Origin: Camelus ferus
Taxonomy: Eukaryota
Length of the DNA: 64,000 nucleotides
Direction: 5' to 3'
Assembly: GCF_009834535.1 (NCBI RefSeq)
Contig: NC_045697.1
Location: forward strand, 85,872,001 to 85,936,000
Shown here: piece after piece, positions 12,706-25,135 of the stretch
Position numbering within the stretch: position 1 is the stretch's first letter
Layout: every line of letters begins with the position of its first letter
The notes under the pieces: model-generated
What the model was told of the DNA's origin: nothing
What the model saw: the letters and a program-made list of their open reading frames with translations, nothing else
Databases searched by the model: none
Position numbers and translations under genes: made by a program

Positions 12706-14560
12706 GGTACTAAAGGTGAAATGGCTTACCCAAGTGACAAAAATGGGTTTCTCCGTCTCCTGTCTCCCATGCCAATGATTTTTCTACAATTTAGCACTTA
12801 CCTACTCTAAGGTTCCAGTTTGGCAAAACTTGATCGTTTGAGAAATTACAGTTATTGTCATCTTCTTCTCCTTTTTGTTTCCAGACATTTCTTATGCTGT
12901 TGCTTCAAAAACTAAAAAGGGTCCGGTGACATGGTGGTGAGTGGGGAAAGTGGGGAGGGGGGAATTAATGAGAGAGAACAGCCTGGTGAAGAAGAGTATT
13001 TACCACTGATAGTATTTAGAGTGGTCAGCATATGGTAATAATAGAAATAAGGCTCTATTTTGGTTGGTTTTATTACTGTTCTTCAATTCAAGACAACATG
13101 GTATGTTAATTGCCTATACCTGGGGTGGCAATTCAAACAGTGTCAGTGGTAGAACACGCTTCCCTGGGCTCTGCAAAGCATAAAAGGGCTGAAAGCAGCA
13201 ACTAAGCCCGAGCAGTAAATTATACCAAATATAAGATGGTCTCCATTTCCCAATGAGGCAATCCTCCAAATAAAAGGCTTGATTACATAATCTTTTAAGG
13301 ATGTAGATGAAATAGATAAACCACTCCATAAATGCAGTTTGTTCAGTTTGTACACACATATTTAAAATTGCGTATTATGTAAAAATCATATACAATGACA
13401 ATTAACATGGCAATTTAAAAACATTGATTTTTGCCCCATCCTTAGATTGCATGAAACTATTCCAGCTCTTGGTATCACTGTCTCTAGAGAGAGAGAAATA
13501 AACAACACATTTTTCAGAGCTTATCATCTTTTTTTCCGTCTAAATTATTTGGGATGTCACATTTTTTGACTCTCTTTAGATGCCATCTCCAGAAATTTTA
13601 CACAAAATTATTTATTCCATAAGCTTTTAGATAGTAGTTTTTGTTTTGTTTTTAATTGGAAATGTAGTTCAGTATCTTTAATGGAAAATTTCACTGTATT
13701 GCTTTTTAAAGTGATCTTTGAAAGGCGTATTTTAAGCAATATCCAAACTTGAAGTTGTGAGGTGAGATCCCCCAGGAATAATTACTAATTCGTGAATGTC
13801 ATCACCTCCTTTTCAACCCAATCTGTAAGTGACCTCACTTTGTCTTTGAGCAGAGATGTTAAATAACTGTCTCAAGCAGGCATTCAGAAGAAAGCAGTGA
13901 CGCCAGTCCCATGCAAAATGCTGACACTCAGGGTCAGTGCAGCCAGATGTTCTTCGACTGCAGAGGATTGAGCGCATCTGTGCCCTTGACCGTACAATGA
14001 TGACCTTCCAAAATGAAATATAATCCCTTGAAGAGATGTTTTTGCAAAGGTGATGACCCCCAAACACCAATAAAACCAACCAACCTACACAGTCACTGAC
14101 TACTAACACAACACGGGCACCTACCGTCCATCCACTCACACAACAGCCCTGTGGCTGTGCTCCAGGTGCCAGAATAACGAAGCCTGGGACCAGAGGATCT
14201 ACAGAAGATGGTTAGTCCTTTCTCAGACATTAGTTGTTCAAAGCTGTTTTACTGCCTTCAGATCCCCTGGCTGCACATTTAGAAAGGAGCAGGCAGCTCA
14301 CATTTGGCCCTCTTTGAATTTGGTGGCCTTCATGGCGGTTTATCTTCATTGACAATTATCTGTCAGGGTTTTTAAGGTCCTCATTTCCTGGCCAGTTCTA
14401 CTAACAGTTCAGCTGCACACACTTCTGTAATGCCAATAGTAACAGTGAAGGTAAGCATCAGTCTATGTTTTTGTTTGATTTTTTTTACCTGAAAACATCT
14501 TGTTGCAAGGATCTGCCAGAACACAGACCTGGCTTACAGACCACTTCTCTCCTCAAAGTT

Positions 14561-14639
14561 TATATATCTATCTACATCTATATCTGTATCTATATCTATA
14601 TCTGTATCTATATCTATGTCTATATCTATATCTATATCT
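14561..14639. repeat. (TATATC)n hexamer microsatellite
   Basis: About 13 imperfect units; produces the spurious YL and RY repeat ORFs. Confidence 0.95.
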
Positions 14640-14796
14640 TACTATCAAGGACAACCACAAACTACAGAGCCACTGCTTAGAGCAAATTTTACCATTTAAG
14701 AAAACCTTTGCTTCATGCAGCTTATCAAATAAATGGGGTTCAAGAACTATGTTTTGGATTATATTTTTCTTCCTTGAGAAAACATAAAGTCTCCCT

Positions 14797-14864
14797 GCTT
14801 TCACTTGAGGATTAACAGTAAGTTTGATGAGCTTTCACTTGACAATTAACAGTAAATTTGATGA
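14797..14864 (+). repeat. 34-bp tandem duplication
   Basis: gctttcacttgaggattaacagtaagtttgatga / gctttcacttgacaattaacagtaaatttgatga, 3 mismatches. Confidence 0.9.
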
Positions 14865-15199
14865 GAGCCTCAAGATTTGGACTAATAAATGAAAAGAAAA
14901 CAGATCCAAATATCTGTAGAATAAGACTGTGTCGTGAAGACTTTGTATGTTGATTAAATTACTTACTTTTAATTTTTAGGATAAACAGAGTATTAGAGTA
15001 AAAAGAGAGAGAGAGAAACATGAGAGAAGATAACCCTAACTCCTATCTCTAGCCCTCTATGGCACCATGGGCAAATCATTTAGATTTGTTAAATCTATTT
15101 GTTTAACTGTAAAATGAAATACTTAAATCCCAGGATCATGTGAAATTCTAGGCAAATGACATTTTTTAAGGTTATGTGAAAAAAGACATTTGAATTCAA

Positions 15200-16232
15200 A
15201 TATCTGTCAAAAGGCATCTTCAGAGTATATGAATCTTCTAAAAAGCAATGAGGAGGAGAAACAATTCAATTTTTTAACAATAGGTAAAAGACTTCAGAAG
15301 AAAAGGACATTCAAATAGCCAATAAGTATATGAAAAGATGCTCATCTTTGGTCATAATAAATGCCAATTGAAACTGCAATACAGGGGGGCGGAGGGTGGG
15401 AAGGGATAGACTGGGATTTCAAAATTGTAGAATAGATAAACAAGATTATACTGTATAGCACAGGGAAATATACACAAAATGTTATGGTAGCTCACAGAGA
15501 AAAAAATGTGACAATGAGTGTATATATGTCCATGTATGACTGAAAAATTGTGCTGAACACTGGAATTTGACACAACATTGTAAAATGATTATAAATCAAT
15601 AAAAAATGTTAAAAAAAAAAAAAAAGAAACTGCAATACGATAACACTACAAACCACTAGGATGATTTTTTTTTAATTACCAAATATTAGCAAAGATGTAT
15701 ATAAAGTGGTACAGCCTCTTTGTAAAGTTGTCAATATCTGCTAAATCTGAACATATGCATGATCCAACAGTTTCACTCTTAGATATACGCTCAATGAAAT
15801 GAGTGCATATACGCACCAAACAACATAAAATATTCATAGAAGCTTTATTCATAACAGGCAAAAACTGGCAACAACCTTAATGCCCATCAGTAGTAGAATG
15901 AATAAGTTAATTGTAGTCTGTTATACAATGGCATATATACAGTTATGAAAAAGACCGAATTATTACTACATTCAGCAACGTGGATGAATCTCAGAGACAC
16001 TGACAATGTACAAAAGAAGCCAGACACAAAAGAATACTTCATTTTACGCAGTTCAGAAACAACCAAAACTAACCATTGGTGATAGAAATCAGAATAGTGG
16101 TTATCTTTGGGAGTAGAAAACTGACTGGGAGGCTGGGGATGTTCTAAATTTTGATCTGGGTTGTAGTTGTATAGCTGTATTCATTTATAAAAATGCATCA
16201 AGCTTTACTATACCCATTGGTAATTAAAAAGT
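15200..16232 (+). mobile_element. Old L1 (L1M-type) 3' region
   Basis: Degenerate ORF2 end and 3'UTR (gccaataagtatatgaaaagatgctca...gatagaaatcagaatagtggtta). Confidence 0.8.
15383..15625 (+). mobile_element. Young L1 3'UTR fragment inserted in the old L1
   Basis: Perfect TSD gaaactgcaatac at 15370-15382 and 15626-15638; poly(A) tail; near-identical to 63880-64000. Confidence 0.95.
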
Positions 16233-16394
16233 AGATTTGTAGAAAGTTGTCATTTTGCTGTATTATATGATGGTAAAAAATTTACCCCCTAAATTTTTAT
16301 GTGTAGGAATATTTTTAATATGTTTTACATTTAAATCACATATTTAGATCCCATTTTCCTAAAATTATTTCTACTTATATAACTGTTGTTTTAG

Positions 16395-16495
16395 AAGAAA
16401 TTCTTTTTTTTTGCAAGAGGGAGGTAATTAGGTCTATTTGTTTTTAGAAGATGTACTGGGGATTGAACCCAGGACCTTGTGCACGCTAACCATGC
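16395..16495 (-). mobile_element. 5'-truncated tRNA-derived camelid SINE (Vic-1-like)
   Basis: Reverse complement of gtcctgggttcaatccccagtac...cctaattacctccc plus A tail; flanked by 17-bp direct repeats tataactgttgttttag (16378-16394, 16496-16512). Confidence 0.9.
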
Positions 16496-17203
16496 TATAA
16501 CTGTTGTTTTAGCTACCTATCTATATAAAATAAAGACATGTCTAGACAATATTCACCAAATAAATAATTCACCAAATAGTAATGATTTTTTGCAGAGGGT
16601 GGAATTGAGAGGATACCTTACTTTTGTTATGGACTTCCCTATATTTTTTTGTTTTCAATAATGGAATATATCATTTTAACAAAAATCATAGAGCCATTAT
16701 TCTTTAAGAAAGATGAATAAAGCTATGTTGATAATATACCTGGCCACTGGCCCTGGGAAGGATAATCAATGGGTGTTGGGTAATTCAATATTAGCAACAA
16801 AACCCCTAGAAGCATCATTCTGAAATCCCATCCTCCTTTTCATCCCTTTCTATTCACCAGCTGCCCTGCTGTCAATGGTTGAGGATACCACTGAGATGCT
16901 CGGCAGCTCATCTCAGAGCAGAATCAGCCCCATGAGTCCCTGGCTACCATCTACATCCCCTGACTGCTCTTCCCCTACTGTTGCCACTCTTACATTTCCC
17001 CTAGTCACCTCCCCAACAGCTGTGATTCCAACTGACTTGTCCAGGCCCTTTGACCATCCACGTTATTCTGGACAGGATGCCTCTCCCTACTAAGCAAGCC
17101 CTAATATAGATGTCCTTTCTCCTCCCCAGGCCAACCCATGCAGATTGTGGGAAGCCCAAGTACATGATATTATTCCCCACAACAGAGGGCTGTTGACCCC
17201 CAA

Positions 17204-17712
17204 GTGGTGGATATCTGTCAAAGCTGGGGCTATTACTTTTAATTACATGATTATCCTTCCTATCTGGGGGAAGGAATGCCCCTTCGCAGATATTTTTAGG
17301 AGACAAAGTCTCACCACCACTGCATCCCCACCCCATCATCAAACCCAGAAAGTCCTTGGCAGCTATGAGCAGAGCATGTAGCTCCAACTCTGCCAGTAGA
17401 AGCTTCCACAGAAGAATCCTGAGGGTGTTATGTAAAGTGCAGAACCATCCAGTTACTCACAGGAATGACTGCAGAGTTGAGCTTCCATTGATGGTGACAA
17501 GTGTTTTCCAGCAGCAGCACAAGTGGCATTCTACCAGATTTTTCTGAGATATGAATTTGGCCATGTTTTCAGATACCCAGACTTCCTTGGCTTGTGGCTA
17601 TTTTCCAGTCATGATTCTTCTGTAAGCCACCAAATGTATGTTTCCAGTATATATTTTTTCTCTCAAAGCTGTCCAGATTTGGTTTCTGTTGTTTGCGACT
17701 AGAACCCTAATC
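17204..17712 (+). mobile_element. ERVL/MaLR-class solo LTR relic
   Basis: Ends ccagatttggtttctgttgtttgcgactagaaccctaa, typical of LTR16/LTR33/MLT1 termini. Confidence 0.6.
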
Positions 17713-18330
17713 TGCCTCCTACTACCTTTCTATTTTTCTCTCCAGGTGAAACCTGAAGAAAACTAGCATTACCTCTCCCTGAACCTACATCATCGAAAGA
17801 AGTTCCAGTCATTCCCATCTCCTCACATCACCCACCACCTCTCTGGGATAACTGAGTTCCATCTCTCCCAGACAGATTCCACCATACACTGGGTCTGTTT
17901 AATTGACACTTACCCCTTAAGGTCCCTCACTTTCTTTATGAAATGAATTTAAAAAGAAAGTCAACCTATATTTTCTAGATCACCCTTGGGGTTTTGTAAA
18001 AAGGTGACATTTACAAACATATTAGTATCTGGAAATAATTTTTTAATATCTTACTCCTATAGTCAACAGTTTTAGCAAGTTATTGCCATATCTTGACTAC
18101 TGTATATTAGGCACATCTATACTTGACATACAAATTCAAAATCATGAAGTTAAAATCAACTGATATCACAATGTTCAAGGGCCACTGCCACTTTTGCATT
18201 AGCTTCTCACTCGTGAGCTGCTTTAAAATTGCTTTAGATACAGGACACGACCAAATGAAACCAGACCAGAGATTCAGAGGGATTATATTCCCTTGTCTGT
18301 GACTGACTTCTTGCTTTGTCAGAGGATGCA

Positions 18331-18818
18331 GTGTAGTCGATATTTGTCATATATTGACGCTGCATAACCTGTGCACAGTCTTGCAGTGTATGGAAATTTC
18401 CCACCATAAAAGGCCCACCTCCCCAAAGTAAAAGCCAGCAAAGAGTTTTCCCAGATCCTTCGTAACCAGGACTCCGGTAGTGACTGAAGGTTCTGCCCAT
18501 TAACTGCTCAGGGCAAGACTAACAGGAAGAGGGAGGAGCTGGGTGAAACACATTTATCCAAGGTAAAAGTGGTATGACAGACATCCTTCTGTTTTGAGAC
18601 GAAACATCTAATAGCAGCATCAGAAGCCAGTCTTGGATGATATGAGCTGCCACACCTGAGCCCATCAGCAGCAGGGCATGATTTGAGCAGTGCTCCTGGC
18701 TTTTCAGCCTCCAAATCTGCTAGAGATTTCTATGGTCACATAACTCCTGTTAATAAATTTATGTTCTGTTTAAACTAGTTAAAGCAGGCCCTTTTTGACC
18801 ACTAAGAATTCTGAATAA
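18331..18818 (+). mobile_element. ERVL-class solo LTR relic
   Basis: tgtagtcgata start; aataaatttatgttctgtttaaactagtt...ctaagaattctgaata end. Confidence 0.55.
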
Positions 18819-19249
18819 GAAAATTGCTTATATAATGAATGACTTTTGTTTCCTGCTTGTAAAACAAAGAAACTTACCGTGATATGAAATAGTCTTTGAA
18901 ACCCTGGTGTGTGAAGTATAGCTATTACAAATAGTTCTTCCTACATAAACTGTCTCCAAAAAAAGTGTTATTCATTGTGGTAATAAATAACCATCTGTCA
19001 GCCTGCAATAAGTTTTTATTAAAAAAAAATTTCATTGAATGCTGATCACATTCATCTTTAAGGAAGGGAACTGTACCATTGTTTAGCCTGAAATGAACCA
19101 GACAAAAAAAATTTTGTGTTCTGTGTGATATATTTTAACAGTAATTACTGTTTAATAAATCTTATTCGATAACTTTGGCACTGAATCAACTTTGTAGATT
19201 TTTTTTTTTTACATACCAAGCATAACATTTTTCTTTCTCCATGTAAATT

Positions 19250-19565
19250 ACATAGAACTAAAGCTTATTTATTGTTAGCCAGCTTTCTGAGTCTTTTACT
19301 ACACTGCCAGAGGGCTAATAGCCACTTTGTTATCTTGCTTTGGGTTTGTTGGCCTCTTAAGCTGTACAAATATTTAGAAGATTTATGTGGTATGTAACCA
19401 CATATATAAAACTCATTATAAATTTGTGCAGAAGAAATGGAATAGAAAGAAAGCTCAAACTCCTCCACACAGCCCATATTTCTAAGCCAAGGCAAAGACT
19501 CAGTAATGATCATTTTTCTTTGACAATTTGATACAGTGTAAAAGGGACAGGTATAAGCATTACAC
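19250..19565 (-). other. Candidate terminal exon of an unidentified minus-strand transcript
   Basis: Acceptor gaattgttttttgtag|GT; phase-1 reading VMLIPVPFTLYQIVKEK* (stop 19510-19512); AATAAA at 19268-19273; peptide not recognised. Confidence 0.2.
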
Positions 19566-19675
19566 CTACAAAAAACAATTCTATATGAATAACATATAAT
19601 AATCTCATAATATACTTCTGTATTTATCTGTCTATTTAATTCCACTGCCACTCCTTTAATGTACCCTCCTACCAA

Positions 19676-20180
19676 TTTGGTCAGGGTTCACAGTCTCAGA
19701 CAACAGACTTTTCCTTACCTGGCTAGAGAAGAAATGAATTACTAAGTAATATGAATCGCTCACAGAACTGTTGGGAGATCTGTGAAATCAGACCATAGGG
19801 TGACTTCACTAACCACCACATAGAACTGAGCTTGCCAAGGAGTTTCTGTCTTTACCTCCACTCTACAGATTCGTGTTTCAATTAGTAGACGGGTGTTAGG
19901 GCTTCCCAATAACAATAGTTTCAGCTCCAGAATTATGTCACCTCTCCATTTTTCTGCCCCAGCAAAATGGATCTTCCTCATGGAACTCAGCTTCGTATCA
20001 GTTTTCTTGTGAGGGCATCTGCACATGGTATAGGCCCTAATTCCTGTACAGTACTCTGGCTGCATGGGAGCCTGGGAAATGTTGGTTTGGGTTTTCCAGC
20101 TCTTACATTACAAAAAGATATGATAGAAGGGAGTTAAAATAAAAACTGAATCAAGCCTAATCTACAGTATATCTTATCGC
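19676..20180 (-). mobile_element. MaLR (MLT1-type) solo LTR relic
   Basis: ggtcagggttcacagtctcagacaacagac...ctctggctgcatgggagcctgggaaatg, antisense MLT1 pattern. Confidence 0.7.
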
Positions 20181-20189
20181 TACTTTCCT

Positions 20190-20770
20190 ATGTTTCCACT
20201 GAAGCCAGAATAATCTTTAAAATGAAACCCTAATGTTACTCCACCACATAAAATCCTTCTGGAATCATAAAAACATTCAACGTGGTAACCCTGCAAAATG
20301 ATTTATAGTCCTTTTAGGATCTGAGCCCTACTTAGGTCTCTATCTCCTCTCTTTTCCTCATGTATGTGCCTTTCCCTCAACATATCAAAGTCATTATGCG
20401 GTTTCAGGGCCCCCAATCTTTGCAGATTCTGTTTCCTTTGCCTGGAACTCCTTTCTCTGCCTTCTTTCCCTAGCTAATTCCTACTAGCCTTTCAAATTAG
20501 ATTTCCTATTGTCACTTATTCCCAAAGTTTCCCAACCCACATAATCTGACTACACAATTCATTTTCTGTAATACCCTATGCACATTGATTTATAGCACTC
20601 ATTTCACAGAACCATCACTACACTGATTTATTTTTTCAGACTTCCACATTAAACCATAGCCAAGGCGAGGGTTAAAATCTGTCATCTCCATAATCCCAGT
20701 ACTTACCTCAATGCTTAACATATAATAAGATTTTTAAAATAAATGGAGAATGAATAAGTGAGTATAGTTG
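20190..20770 (+). mobile_element. L2 3' region
   Basis: ctttgcagattctgtttcctttgcctggaac...cccagtacttacctcaatgcttaacatataataag...gaatgaataagtga. Confidence 0.7.
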
Positions 20771-21123
20771 AATAACAGTATTACTGTGGGCACAGGGCTA
20801 AGGGAGCGAGTTTCCAAACATGTGCTTACAAATACAGCAGTCAGAGATGATCATGCTTTCATAAAAACAGATGGGAGATGTCGTAAAATCAGTGATGTTG
20901 TCTAATATCTTTGTTTTACAGAAGAGGAAATAAAGGACCATAGAGTTATTTTCTCACCATCACACAAATATAATCAAAGCAGGACACACAAGTGTTTCAT
21001 TTCTAACTACTTCCTTGAATGACCCTGGACGACTGACACAGTCAAGCAGACACAAGCCATTACAGAGGCTAAAGAATTTGGTTCCCGCTGATCCCACCCT
21101 CCACACGGACCCCCAAGACTCAC

Positions 21124-21214
21124 CTCACAGGTCTGGAACAGCCAGCTGAGAGAAGCAGTGCTGAGATCCATCACAATAGCAAAGGAAGAATTCAGGTTTC
21201 TCTGGGCTTTGCAG
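21124..21214 (-). pseudogene. RAPGEF5: Isolated decayed copy of one RAPGEF5 coding exon (RasGEF/CDC25 domain) with flanking intron sequence
   Basis: ccttctgctttcttttatcccatag|91 nt|gtgagt; translates CKAQRNLNSSFAIVMDLSTASLSWLFQTCE versus recalled RAPGEF5 CKAQRNLNSFFAIVMGLNTASVSRLSQTWE (23/30 identical). Confidence 0.85.
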
Positions 21215-22002
21215 CTATGGGATAAAAGAAAGCAGAAGGCACTTTGAAGCCACATCCTTTTGCCAGATGATCACAAAAGATAAAGCTGCAAAGATTCTCC
21301 TAGGCCACAAAATTCAACCTCTAGGGCAGAGGTGAACTCTGCTCCATGACTTTGCACCCTTGACCTGCGGGAGGGGTGTTACGCCATCAACACAAATGAA
21401 ACAATTCCAAATGCTTCAGCTCCTCCTGGCCTTAGGGAAAAGATCTGTGGTCTTGGTATTCTCTAGACACTTCACAAGATTCCTCCTCTTTACATACCTA
21501 TTTTGGATGCATTTGCAATTTCAACTGAAAACTTTCAGAAGTTTCACGTTTCTTTCTATATCCCCTACCCTCATTATACTAGCTCTCTGGTCCTCTCTCT
21601 AAACCTTTGCTGCCTTTCTTTTTTGACAGACAAGTCCCTCTCAGTTCACAGGTCTAAGCTCCTCTTCTCATTACATTTAGACATATTTTCTTTGCTCTCA
21701 ACAAAATAGCTACTATGTTACATATATATATAAAGTACGGCATATATTATGGGGATACTGTCCCACATTTCTCATTTAAGGAAAAAAGGAAATAAAATGC
21801 AAAATAAGACTATGTTGAGCTCTATTCACTGTGTCAGGTTATCTACTCTGCACAACATCAGTTGTGCCCTTCAATTAATCAGTCAACACTCCACTTAATT
21901 TTCAAAGCCAGCTGAGGGAGGTTGGGCTTCTAGGTCAGCAGGAACAGCCTGTGAATTCGACACTCCTCAATCTGGGACATACTAGAAAACAACTTCTTTC
22001 AG

Positions 22003-22128
22003 GCTCACAGATACAGAGAACAAACTAGTAGTAATTGGGGGGGGGGGGAAGGGCAGAAATACAGGGGTGGGGAAGTGGGAGGCACAAACTATTGGGTATA
22101 AGACAGGCTCAAGGATGTATTAAAAAAG
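22003..22128 (+). mobile_element. Short L1 3'UTR fragment
   Basis: ctcacagatacagagaacaaactagt, G tract, gaggcacaaactattgggtataagacaggctcaaggatgta. Confidence 0.75.
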
Positions 22129-22699
22129 AAGTCAGGCAGGGACTTCAGAGTTTGATTCTATTAGGAATGAACTCATGTATTTTCAAGTAAACTATCCTCA
22201 GGGGGTTCTCCAGAGTCCTTTCTCAAAAGTGACGGAGTTCACAACCAACCTTTGTGAATTTTAAGCAGAAAACCAAAATAAAGCTTCTAAAGGATCTAAT
22301 GAGATAATGTATGAGAAAGGAAATATAAGGCATATGTCATAGTATAACCCAATATTTTCCTTATGCTAGAAAATTAACAGGTAATTTTTTTAAAAAACTA
22401 AATTATAGTTTTGTAATACATTTTATTATGTATTATGGCTTAAGAGAAATAATTGAGAAAAAAAAGCTGTCTATCATGGTAAAGACTGTGCTTCAATATT
22501 TCTTTTCCTGATAATTTTCAAGCTTCCAAATAGAAGGAAAAATAATTTTTAAATACTTTCATATATTGTACTTGATTTAATTTTGGTAAGATGTAACACT
22601 ATACACTCTTAGAGAAATTTTACAGACTATTTAGTATTGTCACCATCTGTCCAACTCAGTATTTTGATTCTTAATAAGAACACTTTTGAAATGTCACCA

Positions 22700-25035
22700 A
22701 TAAATCTGAAAACTTTGATAAAATTGTCAATGCCTAGAAAAATATAATTTGCCAAAATTGACTTAAAAAGAAATAAAGTATTTGAATACACATAGAACTA
22801 TTAAAGAAACTGAATGGGTGATTTAAATTTTTTCCATAAAGAATATACAGGCCCAGAGGATTTTATCCTCTTGATCTGAACCTTATACCAAAAGCAAGGT
22901 AAGGACAACAGGAGAAATGAAAACTTACTGAACTCATGAACACAGGTATAGAAATACTAAATAAAACATTAGAAAACCAAATCCAATCAATAGCCTATAA
23001 AATATGATCAAGCAGAGATTACCCTAGGTTTGCAATGGAAGCTTAATATTAGAAAATCTATTGGTGCTATTTACCACATTAGTAAAATTAAGGAGATAAG
23101 TCATATCATCTCTGTAGACACAAAACAGCATTTAATTAATTCAATATTTTACTCGTGAAAAAACTCTTAGCATCTAGTAAGAGAAGAAAATTTCTTCAAC
23201 TTGTTTAAGTCTGTCTAACAAAAACCTATGACAATATCCAGAAGGAACCTTAATTCAAAAAGATACATGCACCCCTATATTCATAGCAGCACTATCTACA
23301 ATAGCCAAGACATGGGAACAACCTAAATGTCCATCAACAGCTGACTGGATAAAGAAGTTGTGGTATATTTATATAATGGAATACTATTCAGCCATAAAAA
23401 ATAATAAAATAATGCCATTTGCAGCAACGGCGATGAATCTGGAGATCGTCATTCTAAGTGAAGTAAGCCAGAAAGAAAAAGAAAAATACCACATGATATC
23501 ACTTACATGTGGAATCTAAAAAAAAAAAAAAAAGACAAATGAACTTATTTACAAAACAGAAACAGACTCACAGACATAGAAAACAAACTTATGGTTACCG
23601 GGGGGAAAAGGGAGTGGGAAGGGATAAACTGGGAGTTTGAGATTTGCAAGTACTAATATATATAAAATAGATAAATAACAAGTTCATACTATATAGCACA
23701 GGGAACTATATTCAATATCTTGTAGTAACTTATAACAAAATGAAAATGAATATATGTATGTGTATGTATGACTGAAGCATTATGCTGTAGACCAGAAATT
23801 GACACAAATTATAAACTGACTATACTTCAATAAATATATATGTATACAAAAAAATATATACCTATGACAAACTTCACATTCAGCAATGACATGTTAGAGC
23901 TATTGCCTAAAATTCAGAAAGAAGTGTAAGAGGCACTCCATCACCTCTTCTGTTTAATATTACTATAGAGGTCCTAGCCAGCAACATATGAAAAAAAGAA
24001 AAAGAAAAAGGTATTAGAATTGGAGAGAGTAAGCTAAATTGCTTACAATTATTGTAAAGATACGGTTGTCTACATAGAAAATTCTGTAGAAATTAAATGG
24101 TTGTTAACCAAGGGGAAATGAAGAATGAGAATAGGATATGGAGATTAAAAGTAATAAATAAGTAATAAAGTAAGAGAAGAATGAAGTGTCACAGACTGAG
24201 GGATGTCATTAATTCCACCACCTGGGATTTTTAAATATACAGCTAACTTTTTAGAATGAATAAAAGTCCTTGGCAATGAAATCAATTTCAAAAATAAACC
24301 ACATTTCTATATACCAATAACAATGACATAGGTCATGTAATTTACAAAGAAATACCACTTAGTATAGTAATGGACGAATGTATTTTGAAATGTATACAAA
24401 AAAGTGTAAGAATATCATAAACTGTTACTGAAAGACGTTAAAGGAGGCCAACTAACTGGAAAAAGGTATCATGTTCATCAGCAAGAGATTCAATATCACA
24501 AGAATGTTAATTCTCACCAAATTGATATAAAAATTTAATAAAATTTTAATCAACATTGCACAAGGCTTTTTCACAGAACATAACAAATTGATTATAAAAT
24601 GTACAGAGAGATACAAAATATCAGGACTAGATAAGACACTCAAGAATAAGTCAAGGGTGGTAGCAATTTATTCTCTCAAATATCAAAATTTATTTCAAAA
24701 TTATAGAAATTAAGACAGTGTAGGCTGGTGTTATGAATAGAGAAGAGACCAATCAACCAGAATAGAAAATCTAGAAACAAATCCACACATACATGGAAAC
24801 TCAAGCTACGACAGAGTTGGCATTGCAAATCATTAGAAGAGGATGGATAGTCAATAAATACTATTTAGACAACTGACTACCCATGTGGAAAAAGATAAAA
24901 TTGGATTCCCTACACATCAAACACAATGATCCATTCTAGATGGAATAATTTTTTAAAGTAAAACTTAAAGCTTTCAGAAGAAAACACAGATGACTATTTT
25001 TATCTTAGTGAGAAAGTGTCTTAAAGACACAAAAA
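22700..25035 (+). mobile_element. Old, highly diverged L1 ORF2 (L1ME-like)
   Basis: Degenerate RT and C-terminal ORF2 sequence throughout. Confidence 0.8.
23235..23859 (+). mobile_element. Younger L1 3' end nested in the old L1
   Basis: TSD acctatgacaa at 23224-23234 and 23860-23870. Confidence 0.93.
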
Positions 25036-25135
25036 TGCTTACCAAAACATAACAACATACCAAGACCGAATCAATAAAAAACAAAAAGCCTGAACAGACC
25101 AATGACAAATGAGTTTGAAGGTAATCAAAAAGCTC

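Noticed and set aside
14465..14804. ORFs with YL, IY and RY repeats
   Set aside because: Translations of the (TATATC)n microsatellite
14797..14864. CRISPR-like 34-bp repeats
   Set aside because: Only two abutting copies, no spacer, mammalian DNA
19137..19152. 16-bp perfect palindrome aacagtaattactgtt
   Set aside because: About one such palindrome is expected by chance in 64 kb of AT-rich DNA
21007..21255. 82-aa ORF as a standalone gene
   Set aside because: Only the 30 codons between the splice sites resemble RAPGEF5; the rest is read-through of intron sequence
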